Position numbers and translations under genes: made by a program. The notes beneath the pieces were generated by a model. It did no database searches, was not told the origin of the DNA, and saw nothing but the letters and a program-made list of their open reading frames with translations. Below, piece by piece: positions 1 to 9,154 of a stretch of DNA of 36,816 nucleotides. Numbering within the stretch: the stretch's first letter is position 1; each line of letters begins with the position of its first letter. This stretch comes from a virus (Duplodnaviria > Heunggongvirae > Uroviricota > Caudoviricetes). The stretch covers positions 1 to 36,816 of IMG/VR virus record IMGVR_UViG_2563366829_000018, one strand, 5' to 3'.

Positions 1-687
1 GCCGCCGAACTGCTCCGCATCCACCTGCAGCCCCACAATGGCCGTGTTCGGGTAGCACTGTTTCACATCGATGATTTCAGTGTATGACGACCACAGCGTC
101 TTATTCTGCAGCTGGTCCGTGGTGCTGTCCGCCGTCTCCCTGACCATCCGGATGTTAAAGGGCCGGGGAGGCAGATTATCCAGAATCACCGAGGCCAGGA
201 ACTGCGAGGTGGTCTTGCCGTTAATGGTGACGTCCTTTTCCGTCACCCAGCGGCCATTACGCTGTAACTGAATCAGAATCCGGACAGAGGAAGGATTACG
301 GTCGCCCTTTGACGTGGTCTGCACCAGTGACTGCACTCCGAAGGTAACCCGCAGGCGGTCAATGTTCGCGGACGTAATGGTGCGCGTCACCGGTTTTGCC
401 TTCGTCACTTCCACGCCCAGTCCGGTTTCAGCACCGGAGGACTCAAAGCCTTCCGGTGGTGTCTGCTCCTGCTCCCCGGCACGCCAGACCGCAGTCACAC
501 CGTGTATCACGGGATTACCGTCCGTGTCCGTCAGCGGGGTTTTGTTCACCAGGATACTCTGCAGTCCCTTCACCGGACCTTCTATCGGTCCCTCACCAAT
601 CGCATCAATCACACTCATCATCTGCGTGGATTTGAGATTATCCTTCGCCTCGCGCGGTGTGTGCGCCTTACCGCCACCTTTACCCAC
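1..687 (-). CDS. J: Tail tip / host-specificity protein J, N-terminal 229 codons; gene continues past the left edge of the window
   Basis: GTG start at 687-685 preceded by GGGGGAG; translation MGKGGGKAHTPREAKDNLKSTQMMSVIDAI matches the lambda gpJ N-terminus; frame checked by eye and open from 687 to position 1; not in the ORF track because it has no stop inside the window. Confidence 0.85.
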   Translation of the reverse strand, partial: MGKGGGKAHTPREAKDNLKSTQMMSVIDAIGEGPIEGPVKGLQSILVNKTPLTDTDGNPVIHGVTAVWRAGEQEQTPPEGFESSGAETGLGVEVTKAKPVTRTITSANIDRLRVTFGVQSLVQTTSKGDRNPSSVRILIQLQRNGRWVTEKDVTINGKTTSQFLASVILDNLPPRPFNIRMVRETADSTTDQLQNKTLWSSYTEIIDVKQCYPNTAIVGLQVDAEQFGG

Positions 688-730
688 TCGCTCCCCCTCT
701 CCTGTCTGATGTCTGAATCTGTTTATGCCC

Positions 731-760
731 AAAAAACAACAGGCACCCCGGAGGATGCCT
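731..760 (-). terminator. Intrinsic terminator upstream of J (8-bp stem with one G-U pair, tetraloop, then GTTGTTTTTT on the minus strand)
   Basis: Minus-strand sequence AGGCATCC-TCCG-GGGTGCCT followed by a T-run, read directly. Confidence 0.45.
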
Positions 761-799
761 GTATCATGACTGAATAAAAATTCTGAATATCTTCACATT

Positions 800-827
800 T
801 TCACAAACTGACTGTGGCGCGTATAAT
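800..827 (+). promoter_or_regulatory. Sigma70-like promoter on the plus strand (-35 TTCACA at 800-805, 16-bp spacer, -10 TATAAT at 822-827)
   Basis: Hexamers read directly; sits 65 bp upstream of a plus-strand terminator with no ORF in between. Confidence 0.4.
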
Positions 828-833
828 TTCTCT

Positions 834-930
834 GCGTTAATTTTTTTGTCGTGATATAAGAATAATTCCTTACACTTAATCTTCGTAACTCTCCCGCAGT
901 TCCTGTCCGCGATCACTGCGGGATTTTTTT
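834..930 (+). ncRNA. Candidate small non-coding RNA (~95 nt) in the I-J intergenic region, antisense to the tail operon
   Basis: Predicted +1 about 7 nt after the TATAAT; no ATG-initiated ORF; ends in an intrinsic terminator. Confidence 0.3.
892..930 (+). terminator. Intrinsic terminator on the plus strand (CCCGCAGT...ACTGCGGG stem followed by ATTTTTTT)
   Basis: 8-bp stem with a 14-nt loop and a 7-T run, read directly. Confidence 0.5.
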
Positions 931-937
931 ATTCTTT

Positions 938-1618
938 TTACCCCTGCCGCCCGATAACCACGACCTTTCCGCCCCCGCCTTCATCACGGGTGCTGATGTC
1001 CTGGGATATACGGCGGGAGCCAACCAGCATTTCCCCGTAAGGCACCGGCATCGGGTTCCCCTGGGCAATCATGTTATCCAGCGAGGAAAAGTACGTGTTC
1101 TGTCTGCCGTTATCCGTTGCGCGGTAATCCGGTGTTTTTGCCTTCGGGGCCAGCATCTGGGCCACACCGCCCAGTATCATGCTGGCCCCCAGTGAAAACA
1201 GCATCGTGGTGGCAGAAAAACCACCGGCACTCAGGGCTGTACCCCATAACGCCATCGAGGCACCGGCCGTGAAGAAAGAGCCCACGATGGCTGCCGCCCC
1301 CAGCACAATCTGCAGTCCACCCTTTCCGGCCCCGGCCAGTCGCGGCACAATGTGGATGACCGTTCCCTCACCCAGCTGTTCGTGAAGACGGGCGTACACC
1401 GCCTCCGGTGCCGTGTCATAACCGGCAATACGTATCTGGTACCAGCCTTCGTTCATCTGACGGCGAAAGCCCGGCATCTGCATCGACAGGGCGCGAATGG
1501 CTTCCGCTGCCGTGTTCACATACAGGCTGAGGCGGCGGCCAAATCGTTGTAAATCCCCGTGAAGGCAGATGCGTGCCAGTGGCGGTGACGCCAGACAGAA
1601 TGCGTTCGTCGTTGCCAT
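938..1618 (-). CDS. I: Tail assembly protein I
   Basis: 226 aa; ARICLHGDLQRFGRRLSLYVNTAAEAIRAL matches lambda gpI; correct position between K and J. Confidence 0.85.
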   Translation of the reverse strand: MATTNAFCLASPPLARICLHGDLQRFGRRLSLYVNTAAEAIRALSMQMPGFRRQMNEGWYQIRIAGYDTAPEAVYARLHEQLGEGTVIHIVPRLAGAGKGGLQIVLGAAAIVGSFFTAGASMALWGTALSAGGFSATTMLFSLGASMILGGVAQMLAPKAKTPDYRATDNGRQNTYFSSLDNMIAQGNPMPVPYGEMLVGSRRISQDISTRDEGGGGKVVVIGRQG

Positions 1619-2259
1619 TTTTTGGAATACCTCTCCCGTTTACTCAGTTGTTCAGGAATATGGTGCAGCAGCTCGCCGTCACCACAGTAAATGGCGGCAT
1701 GATTCGGCACCGATGAACCAAAACAGCACAGCAGCACATCGCCCGGCTGCGCCGCTGACAACGGCACCTGATACAGCCCTGTGGCCTCCAGATTATCCAG
1801 ATAGAGATTCTGACCGTGACGCCACCAGTCATCCTCGCGATGAAAATCCGGCATCTCAGTCCCCGCCAGATGATAAGCATCCCGGAACAGCGTGTAACAG
1901 TCCGTCACCCCGTGCTCAAAGCGCCGTCCTGTCAGATGTGGCACACAGCGGAATTTGTGAATGTCACCCCGGCAGACCAGCCACCAGGGCAGTGCGCTTT
2001 TTATCTGCAGCCGCCGGTCAGCCTCGCTCAGCCAGGGCAGCCCACCGGGATGACTGTGGACCAGTGCCACAATCTCCCCCTGCATCTCTGCCCGCAGCCA
2101 GTCTTCCGGTGCGATACGAAAATACGCCTCCGGCTCTGCGGAAATATTCACACAAGGGATATACCGCTCCCCCTCCGGCGTGCTTATCACGAAGCCGCAC
2201 GACTCCGCAGGCGCACACCGCCGGGCATGCGCCAGAATCGCTGATTCAGTCTGTGTCAT
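1516..2259 (-). CDS. K: Tail assembly protein K (JAB/MPN plus NlpC/P60 type)
   Basis: Starts at internal Met MTQTESAILAHARRCAPAESCGF (lambda gpK N-terminus); HSHPGG JAB motif; the 3' end overlaps the start of I by about 100 nt. Confidence 0.8.
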   Translation of the reverse strand: MTQTESAILAHARRCAPAESCGFVISTPEGERYIPCVNISAEPEAYFRIAPEDWLRAEMQGEIVALVHSHPGGLPWLSEADRRLQIKSALPWWLVCRGDIHKFRCVPHLTGRRFEHGVTDCYTLFRDAYHLAGTEMPDFHREDDWWRHGQNLYLDNLEATGLYQVPLSAAQPGDVLLCCFGSSVPNHAAIYCGDGELLHHIPEQLSKRERYSKKWQRRTHSVWRHRHWHASAFTGIYNDLAAASACM

Positions 2260-2269
2260 AAACCGGGAT

Positions 2270-2968
2270 TTACTGCGAAAGTTTATTAATGGAAAGGAAA
2301 CCGCCAAAATTGCCGACATTCCTGCGCAGTTCACACCCGCGCATGCACTTGCTGCATCTGTCCTTACGGATATCCGTGGTGGGGTTGTCGAACTCATCCG
2401 CCACAGCCCCGCCCGTGTAACCACACTCATCAGAGCGGTAGGTCCACATACAGGTGTTCGCCAGCATGATACGACCGGGAAACAGCGCCCCGTCCGTCTC
2501 GGTCGGTGTGGCCAGCACAAACGAGGCCGTCATGGCTGTCAGCTGCGACATCTGCTCCACCACCCAGCGGTCACTCAGCTCCTGCTCCGGGTCCGCCTCC
2601 GGATTGCCCGCAACGAAATTCACCGCATCCAGAAAACGGGCATACACCCGGCGGCGGACCACCGTGGCCCCCACCAGACTCTGCAGGTCCTCCGCCATCC
2701 CGGTGACAAGGCCAAACAGATTGGACACCGTCAGCGACGGGCGGGCACTGCTGCCCCGACCGTTCATCTCAAAGCCGCTGCCGTCAATCGGGTATGCCTC
2801 ATACTTACGCCCCTGCCAGGTGACCGGCTCCCCTTTTTCATTCAGCTCATTACAGAAAAAATACCGCTCACCGCCCTGTACCGTCAGGTCGATTTCCCAG
2901 AGTACCACGCTGGCAGACTGCTCCGCACGGGTGCATTCATTCAGTGTTTCCTGTCGGATATCCTGCAT
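2270..2968 (-). CDS. L: Minor tail protein L
   Basis: 232 aa, same length as lambda gpL and recognisably similar; Cys-rich C-terminus. Confidence 0.9.
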   Translation of the reverse strand: MQDIRQETLNECTRAEQSASVVLWEIDLTVQGGERYFFCNELNEKGEPVTWQGRKYEAYPIDGSGFEMNGRGSSARPSLTVSNLFGLVTGMAEDLQSLVGATVVRRRVYARFLDAVNFVAGNPEADPEQELSDRWVVEQMSQLTAMTASFVLATPTETDGALFPGRIMLANTCMWTYRSDECGYTGGAVADEFDNPTTDIRKDRCSKCMRGCELRRNVGNFGGFLSINKLSQ

Positions 2969-3297
2969 CAGTTCACCACCTGCTTAAACTCCGCGCTGAA
3001 CTCAACGCGCAACATCCCGACCCGCGCAGACCACCCGGCACAGGTCACCTTTATCTGCCGGTAGCCATAAGGCGGCGTCCACAGAAAGGCCTTCCAGCCC
3101 CCGTGCTCAGCCAGAAACGACTCCAGCGCCGTGGCCTCCTCACGGGAGACAGACAGCGTCACGCTGTACGTTTTCAGGTCAGCGTTCAGCCCGGCAGGCG
3201 CACGCTGGGAATAGCCATCACCAAAGCGCACCTCCCTGACGGAAGGAGCCGATGTCACATCCATCCCGGGTTTCACTTTCCAGCGGAAGGTTTTCAT
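2968..3297 (-). CDS. M: Minor tail protein M
   Basis: 109 aa, same length as lambda gpM and similar; 1-nt overlap with L. Confidence 0.9.
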   Translation of the reverse strand: MKTFRWKVKPGMDVTSAPSVREVRFGDGYSQRAPAGLNADLKTYSVTLSVSREEATALESFLAEHGGWKAFLWTPPYGYRQIKVTCAGWSARVGMLRVEFSAEFKQVVN

Positions 3298-6200
3298 CGT
3301 CCACCTCCGGAGAACAGACCACCATCACGGGACTGCTGTTGCATAAAGTCCGCTGCTGCTTTTTTCCCGAGATCATAAACCACCTTCAGGGCAGCCGGAC
3401 CTATCTGCCCGTTCGTGCCATCGTTATTGATCTCGATGTTGTACTGCGGGGCAAACATCGCCATACCTGAACCACCAATATCCGCCACAACCCCCAGCTT
3501 ACCGTCAGCACCACGACGCAGAGGCAGAATGGCTTCAGGCCCAGCTTCCCCCATCACACCTGCACCTTTTGCAAAAGCAAAAAACGTCGGACGATTAACC
3601 ACCGTGCCACTGTAGCGACTCAAATCAGCAGACTGATAAACACCACCATCAGCATTGGGCGTCACACTGGCAGTTGCTGCACTCCCCCAGCCAAACGCCG
3701 AACCAATCCCCTTAACTGCCTGCATCATGGACATCTGAGCCATGATTTTTGCCAGATCAGAAAGGAGCGAGGCGGTAAAAGATTTGAAGTTCAGTTTTCC
3801 GGTAGTACAGAACGTTGCCAGTGCATTACCTGCACTGTTAAATGCCGCTGTAAGCATCTGCTCAGCAGTGCCTGCCGCATTATCCGCATCTGCCGTGAAA
3901 TTCTGAAACGCCCGCATAGCACCGTTTTTCCAGTTACCCTGAGCAATTTCAAGCTGTTGCCAGTAACGGTGATTCTCATTCAGTTGTCGGTTCAGGCTCT
4001 CCGTCAGCGCCTGCTCGGCCTTTCTGTAGTCATCCGTGTTATATGTCCCTTTCTGCTCACTATCCCGCCTCAACTGCTCCAGCTGTTGCTGGTATTTCTG
4101 GCGAAGACTCAGTTGTACCTGATATCGCTGCCGCTGCTGATCACCCATACCCACCGTGGCGATATCCAGGTCATGTTGCTGACGCTGAGCGCGCTCTTCT
4201 TCAGCCAGTTGACTGGTCAGCTGAATTGTTTTTTTCTTCAGATCGTTGAGTGCCGTCTGTTTCTGAAGCTCCTGCTGTTTTACATCCAGCAGCGTCAGTG
4301 CCTGAATCAGTTCATCTTTACGGGCCAGCACACTCTTTTCATCTGCCGTCAGTTTTTTCCCGTCCAGATCGCTGATGCGCTGCTGCAGAGCCAGAAGCTG
4401 TTTATGCGCTTCTGTCATCCTGTCAGTGGCAATGCCTGCTGACTGTCTTGCAGCAGCAATCTGTCCTTCCACCTGTGCCTGTTGCTGGCTGTACTGCAGC
4501 AATAACCGGGTGGCCTCATCATTACGGGTTTCGCGTGTTTTTTTCTTACCGGATGCCAGGGCTTTCTCGTAACGTTCATTTTCACGTTGTATCGCAGCAT
4601 CCCTGACAGCCTGATCGGCGTACTGCATGGCATTAATACGCGCAATTTCACGCTGATGTCGTGCAGCTTCCGTTTCATTCATCCGGTTCAGTGCAGCATT
4701 TTCAGCATTACGGCGTTTCTGTTGCTCCTGATAATTCCGCTCTGCCTGCTCTTTTGCATCCTGCAAATCCTTCTGGCGTTTTTTCTCCTGAAGATCGTTA
4801 AGACGCTGCTGATCGTATTCAACCTGAGAAGATGATGCCGTCCAGGGGAGTCTTTTCGCCCGCGACACTTTCTCCTGCAAAGTGGCAATCTGCGCATCCA
4901 GCGAATCTTCACGACCAATATTCATGGCCGCATCCCAGAACTGCTTCCACCAGTCAGACAAAGTTTGCAGCGTACTGCCCAGCGCATTGAGGTTATTATC
5001 AATATCCGCAGTACGCCGACCGGTTTCCTCTGCCAGTGCAGACATGGCTATCCGTGCCGCATCACTGGACCGCCCCTGCTCTCCAAGGACGCGTATCTGC
5101 TCAAGCTGAGTGGCAGTAAGAAAATGCAGCTCATTGTCCAGAGACTTCGCGGCATTTACAGGATCATCCTTCAGCCGCTTAAACTGATTTATGGTATCGC
5201 TGACCGACTGGCCAACCGATCGCTCCATCTGTGCGGCAGCTCTCGCCACCATACCGATATCGTTTCCACGAAATGCACCACTCCCCACCACCTGAGCCAG
5301 CGCACCGGCTGCAGCATGTTGCGTGATACCATTCCCGGAAATAGCACGACTGAGCGTCCACAGCTGCCCGGCAGTGACTCCGGCATAATGCCCCGTCAGC
5401 GACAGCTGGCGGTTAAATTCTTCCCCCTCCTTCTGACCGTCATACCAGGCTTTACCCAGGCCATAGACAGCCGCGGCAATACCGCCAATAACCCCGCCAA
5501 GCATCATGCCTTTCGGTGACATCAATGTGTCTATCCACCCGGCACGGTTAGCCAGCGTTATTCCGGATCCCCTCAGCGCACCTAAATTTCCGCGGGCCAG
5601 TTCACCTATCAGAACGCCTATCTCCTGACGGGCCGCTGCACTTTTCAGCCCCAGCGAATGCGTGGCTTTTCCTGCCTGCTCCATTTTGCGGATATACACT
5701 TCTGCAGCACTGCTTACCCCCAGCTGGGCAGCCTTAGCACGAAGCAACTCAGAAGAAGAAAGATTCTGGCGGGTTGCCTGCTCTTTAAGCTGACGGATAA
5801 ACGCCACTTTCTGTCGGGTAGCCTCTTCCTCAGCCTGTGTAAGAACACGGGTTTTCGCAGTAACCTCAGAAATCAGCGCCAGATAATCCTGCTGACCAAT
5901 CCCGCCACTGTTTCTGGCCTGTCGGATCTGCTGCTGAATACGCTGTAATTCCTGCAGCCCCGCACTGGCCTGTTTCACACTGTCAATCTGACGATAAAAC
6001 GCAGCAGCCGCTTTATCCTGAGCCTCCGCCAGAGCCATGGCCTGCGCCTGTTCCTCGCGCATTTTCTGGCTCAGTGCCTCCATGCGCTGGCGGGTTTTCT
6101 CCACCTCACGGGCCATGCGTTCATGAGCCTGTGCGTTCTTCTCCACCGTCTGCGCATGAACGGATGCGGCTGTTGCAGCCGAAGAAGCCGCCTGCGTTGT

Positions 6201-6368
6201 CTGCCGGGCGGCCTGAGTCTGACGCTCCATAAAACGCTGCATACGGGCAGAAGACCGTTCTGCATCGCTGGCTGCACCATTCAGAAGGTTTTTGATACGG
6301 GGAATTTCATTTTTAAACTCTGCCGCATCAATCCCCAAATCAATGACCAGGTTGGCTATCTGGTCCAT
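3294..6368 (-). CDS. H: Tail tape measure protein
   Basis: 1024 aa, Ala/Gln-rich coiled-coil; start set at MDQIANLV preceded by GGAGGT; position between T and M. Confidence 0.9.
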   Translation of the reverse strand: MDQIANLVIDLGIDAAEFKNEIPRIKNLLNGAASDAERSSARMQRFMERQTQAARQTTQAASSAATAASVHAQTVEKNAQAHERMAREVEKTRQRMEALSQKMREEQAQAMALAEAQDKAAAAFYRQIDSVKQASAGLQELQRIQQQIRQARNSGGIGQQDYLALISEVTAKTRVLTQAEEEATRQKVAFIRQLKEQATRQNLSSSELLRAKAAQLGVSSAAEVYIRKMEQAGKATHSLGLKSAAARQEIGVLIGELARGNLGALRGSGITLANRAGWIDTLMSPKGMMLGGVIGGIAAAVYGLGKAWYDGQKEGEEFNRQLSLTGHYAGVTAGQLWTLSRAISGNGITQHAAAGALAQVVGSGAFRGNDIGMVARAAAQMERSVGQSVSDTINQFKRLKDDPVNAAKSLDNELHFLTATQLEQIRVLGEQGRSSDAARIAMSALAEETGRRTADIDNNLNALGSTLQTLSDWWKQFWDAAMNIGREDSLDAQIATLQEKVSRAKRLPWTASSSQVEYDQQRLNDLQEKKRQKDLQDAKEQAERNYQEQQKRRNAENAALNRMNETEAARHQREIARINAMQYADQAVRDAAIQRENERYEKALASGKKKTRETRNDEATRLLLQYSQQQAQVEGQIAAARQSAGIATDRMTEAHKQLLALQQRISDLDGKKLTADEKSVLARKDELIQALTLLDVKQQELQKQTALNDLKKKTIQLTSQLAEEERAQRQQHDLDIATVGMGDQQRQRYQVQLSLRQKYQQQLEQLRRDSEQKGTYNTDDYRKAEQALTESLNRQLNENHRYWQQLEIAQGNWKNGAMRAFQNFTADADNAAGTAEQMLTAAFNSAGNALATFCTTGKLNFKSFTASLLSDLAKIMAQMSMMQAVKGIGSAFGWGSAATASVTPNADGGVYQSADLSRYSGTVVNRPTFFAFAKGAGVMGEAGPEAILPLRRGADGKLGVVADIGGSGMAMFAPQYNIEINNDGTNGQIGPAALKVVYDLGKKAAADFMQQQSRDGGLFSGGGR

Positions 6369-6669
6369 AACGCACACCTCCGGAAATACCTTCCCCAAGA
6401 TGCATCAGTTCTTCGTCCGTTCGCTCCGGTATCCCGTTCTCTTCCGGTAAAAGGCTGAAATCAGCCACCGCAGCATCACTGCTGCCGGACACCATTCTCA
6501 CGATCAATGCCTTCAGCGAGGCAAACTGCGCATCCATCCACACATCACTGAAGCTCTGCATCCGGAAATAATCGCCCCACTCACCAAGCTCAGTGGCCGA
6601 CATTTCCGACAGCATCCGCCGCCAGTCTGCCCGCCGGAACTCCCGGGCAAGCCGCATGACAAACTGCAT
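6340..6669 (-). CDS. T: T segment of the tail assembly chaperone, probably expressed as a G-T fusion by -1 frameshift
   Basis: ORF lies in the -1 frame relative to G and stays open upstream through the end of G (to about 6702); lambda G/GT organisation. Confidence 0.7.
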   Translation of the reverse strand: MQFVMRLAREFRRADWRRMLSEMSATELGEWGDYFRMQSFSDVWMDAQFASLKALIVRMVSGSSDAAVADFSLLPEENGIPERTDEELMHLGEGISGGVRYGPDSQPGH

Positions 6670-6677
6670 TTCCCGCG

Positions 6678-7064
6678 TCAGGACTTTTCCGGCGTCAGCG
6701 CCTCATGCTCATCATCCCCGGCATTATCAATGGCCCCCATACCGCTCAGCGACAGAACCATCTCCGCCCCCGCACCCAGGGCATCATACGACCATGTTGT
6801 AATAACGGATGCGCAAAGCGTCTCTACATCCTTAGACTGATCCGCATTCCACAGTGAGCGGGAAACCAGCCAGGCATTGATATCCATCCCCATCCGCAGA
6901 AAAGCAATCTGTCGTTCAGCCTCCGGCAGTTCTCCCTCACCGGCATCAAACTTTGCCGTTCGCTGCTGAACAAACGCCAGATATTCAATTCTCTGCAGCC
7001 CGGACAGCTCACTGAGCACCACGGACTGTTTTTCATAATTAAACGTGCCCTGTTTCAGAAACAT
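6678..7064 (-). CDS. G: Tail assembly chaperone G
   Basis: Starts MFLKQGTF like lambda gpG; GGTGGAG RBS; directly upstream of T. Confidence 0.8.
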   Translation of the reverse strand: MFLKQGTFNYEKQSVVLSELSGLQRIEYLAFVQQRTAKFDAGEGELPEAERQIAFLRMGMDINAWLVSRSLWNADQSKDVETLCASVITTWSYDALGAGAEMVLSLSGMGAIDNAGDDEHEALTPEKS

Positions 7065-7080
7065 CATGTTCTCCACCTGC

Positions 7081-7104
7081 AAAAAAGCCCCGGATAACCG
7101 GGGC
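7081..7104 (-). terminator. Stem-loop plus T-run between V and G (candidate partial terminator or attenuator)
   Basis: Minus-strand GCCCCGG-TTAT-CCGGGGC followed by TTTTTT. Confidence 0.4.
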
Positions 7105-7124
7105 AAATGATAAGTATCGTCCTG

Positions 7125-7868
7125 TTAACCTGCGGCGCTGACAGTCACCGCAGCCACAGCCACAAAATTCCCGTCAGCGGTCATGCCCACAATGCTGACA
7201 CTGCCCTGCTTCACGCCTTTCACCGTGGCTACAAGCCCGTTCAGGGTCACCGTGGCAGTCTGTGGATCTGACGAATGCACACTGATCGCTTTGTCACTGG
7301 CTCCGTCAGGTTTTACTGTAAAGGTCAGCGTGGTGGTTGCTCCCACTTTTACACTGGCAGATGCCGGTGCCACCGTCAGCCCGGTAACGCTCACTGTTTC
7401 AGTGCCTTCCTCTGCCAGATACGGACGCCCCACACCGCTGATTTTCACAGTGCGGGTCATCACGTCTTTTGAGGCAATGGTTTTACCCAGTGAACTCAGC
7501 CAGCCACGGAAAACATCAACAGTACCGTTGGGATATTTGATACGAAACGCGCAGACTTCACCGGAGTCGAACAACTGAACCAGTTTTTTCTGCCCGCTGT
7601 CACCCGGACGCCAGGCCAGCGTCGCCGAAGTATCACCGACTGATTTCTGCCCCTGGGTTGTCGTTTTCCAGTCTGCATCTTCATCATCGAGATAAGTATC
7701 ATCTTCTGCATCAGCGGTCATTTCGCCAGGTTGCAGATCCTTCACCATCGCAAGACGCAGCCAGTCAGTGTCCGACAAAGGGTTCGCAAATGCGTCGCCG
7801 TTGCCGGTATACATCCAGAACGTCGTCCCCGCACCTTTCGTCTTTGCCAGTGGATTTGGTGTGGTCAT
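7125..7868 (-). CDS. V: Major tail protein V with a C-terminal Ig-like domain
   Basis: Start MTTPNPLAKTKGAGTTFWMY preceded by AAGGAGG; repetitive Thr/Val/Ser beta-rich C-terminal region typical of Big_2-like tail decoration. Confidence 0.9.
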   Translation of the reverse strand: MTTPNPLAKTKGAGTTFWMYTGNGDAFANPLSDTDWLRLAMVKDLQPGEMTADAEDDTYLDDEDADWKTTTQGQKSVGDTSATLAWRPGDSGQKKLVQLFDSGEVCAFRIKYPNGTVDVFRGWLSSLGKTIASKDVMTRTVKISGVGRPYLAEEGTETVSVTGLTVAPASASVKVGATTTLTFTVKPDGASDKAISVHSSDPQTATVTLNGLVATVKGVKQGSVSIVGMTADGNFVAVAAVTVSAAG

Positions 7869-7878
7869 TGCCACCTCC

Positions 7879-8280
7879 TTAATTCGTGTACGTGATCTGG
7901 TACGTGATTTCCGCCATCGCCCAGGTGGCCATCTCATTATCACGTTGATAGTTAAAACCGAGTGGGATCAGGGTGTCGATGAGTCCGGAAAGTGCCGGTA
8001 CATCATTCAGGGCCGGGAAAATGGTGCTCTCCATCCACATATCCAGCTCTGAATCCGGTGCCTGTGCCCGGATGAAGACAGCAATATGCAGAACAGCCTG
8101 CCAGTCATCTTCATCCGTCATTTTTCCGGTGTACTGAGCATCACTCAGCCACACCGCCACGGCAGGCAGTTCCTGCGCATCAATAAATGCCGGAAGCCCG
8201 TCAAAAAACGTGGCGCTGTCTCCACACTGTTCCCGAAGGCGTGCCAGTACGACCTGGCGGATTTGTGTATGTCGGTTCAT
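7879..8280 (-). CDS. U: Tail terminator protein U
   Basis: Similar to lambda gpU (ATFFDG, PAVAV, PDSELD, ITY motifs); start overlaps the Z stop as ATGA. Confidence 0.85.
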   Translation of the reverse strand: MNRHTQIRQVVLARLREQCGDSATFFDGLPAFIDAQELPAVAVWLSDAQYTGKMTDEDDWQAVLHIAVFIRAQAPDSELDMWMESTIFPALNDVPALSGLIDTLIPLGFNYQRDNEMATWAMAEITYQITYTN

Positions 8281-8867
8281 CGGGTCAGCCATAATCTCAG
8301 TTGTTGTTTCAGTGCATACCCCAGCTGTTTCGGCATTTCCGCAGCAATGATGCGGTCGCGGGCATCTTCAAATGCCTGTGTCAGCGGTCCGGACAGCGGG
8401 ATTTTCACTACCTCCACAGGAAGACGATTTTTTCTTGGCCTGCCCTGATGGTCATGCCCTGTTGCAAAACGCGCTTCAGGAAGACGCCTCAGAACATGCC
8501 AGCGGCCATTCGCCAGTTGCTGAACAAATGCCCCCCGGAAAAAGTATTTTCCCACTCTCAGTCCTTCACCAGCACGCCGCCGTGTTGTGTTCAGTTTGAT
8601 GGCGGGCAGATTGCCCCGGTTAACGCGGATCCTGGCCGTCATTTTTCCTGACGGACTGGCTTTAAACACCCGGACACGCTGACGTACCAGTTTCAGGGGG
8701 ATCCCTTTCACCTGGTTATCTCCCGCAACGGTATTCCCGGCAACCTTCCGGGTGGCAACCGAGACCGCTTTCTGTGCCACACGGTTTATCGCCCATGCGC
8801 TGGCCTGTGGCACCATACGGGTATCAAGGCTGTTCAGATTGCGGATGGCATTCTCAAGCCCCTTCAT
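8277..8867 (-). CDS. Z: Tail completion protein Z
   Basis: 196 aa; position and size match lambda gpZ. Confidence 0.8.
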   Translation of the reverse strand: MKGLENAIRNLNSLDTRMVPQASAWAINRVAQKAVSVATRKVAGNTVAGDNQVKGIPLKLVRQRVRVFKASPSGKMTARIRVNRGNLPAIKLNTTRRRAGEGLRVGKYFFRGAFVQQLANGRWHVLRRLPEARFATGHDHQGRPRKNRLPVEVVKIPLSGPLTQAFEDARDRIIAAEMPKQLGYALKQQLRLWLTR

Positions 8868-8878
8868 CCCACACCTCT

Positions 8879-9154
8879 TTACTCAATAAAGATCATTGGT
8901 TTACCGTTAAAGCGTTCATGCCGTGTGACCGTCCATTGTTGTCCGTCATAAACAACGCGATCCCCGCGCCGTGGGCGGTATCCCGAAGAAAACACCACCA
9001 GAGAGACCGCAGGTCCGGACAGAGCATTCAGCTCTGCCAGTGTTTCTCCCGGGATCACAGTCATATCGACATCATTAATCGAGGCTGTCTTTCCCATCTT
9101 TCTGACCGTGATCGCATCCATACGCGCTGCCAGCCGGGAAAAGGGATCAGACAT
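8879..9154 (-). CDS. Head-tail joining protein, FII-like
   Basis: 91 aa; position between head and tail modules; loose similarity to gpFII. Confidence 0.55.
   Translation of the reverse strand: MSDPFSRLAARMDAITVRKMGKTASINDVDMTVIPGETLAELNALSGPAVSLVVFSSGYRPRRGDRVVYDGQQWTVTRHERFNGKPMIFIE

Noticed and set aside
71-777. Plus-strand ORFs (71-271, 314-709, 396-635, 502-777)
   Set aside because: They lie antisense to the J coding sequence, have no RBS and low-complexity Pro/Ser/Arg-rich translations; they are shadow ORFs
1569-3064. Plus-strand ORFs of 142-294 aa antisense to K, L and M
   Set aside because: Shadow ORFs opposite recognisable lambda tail genes
3957-5519. Plus-strand ORFs inside the tape measure gene
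   Set aside because: Antisense to a recognisable coiled-coil tape measure; Leu/Gln-rich mirror translations
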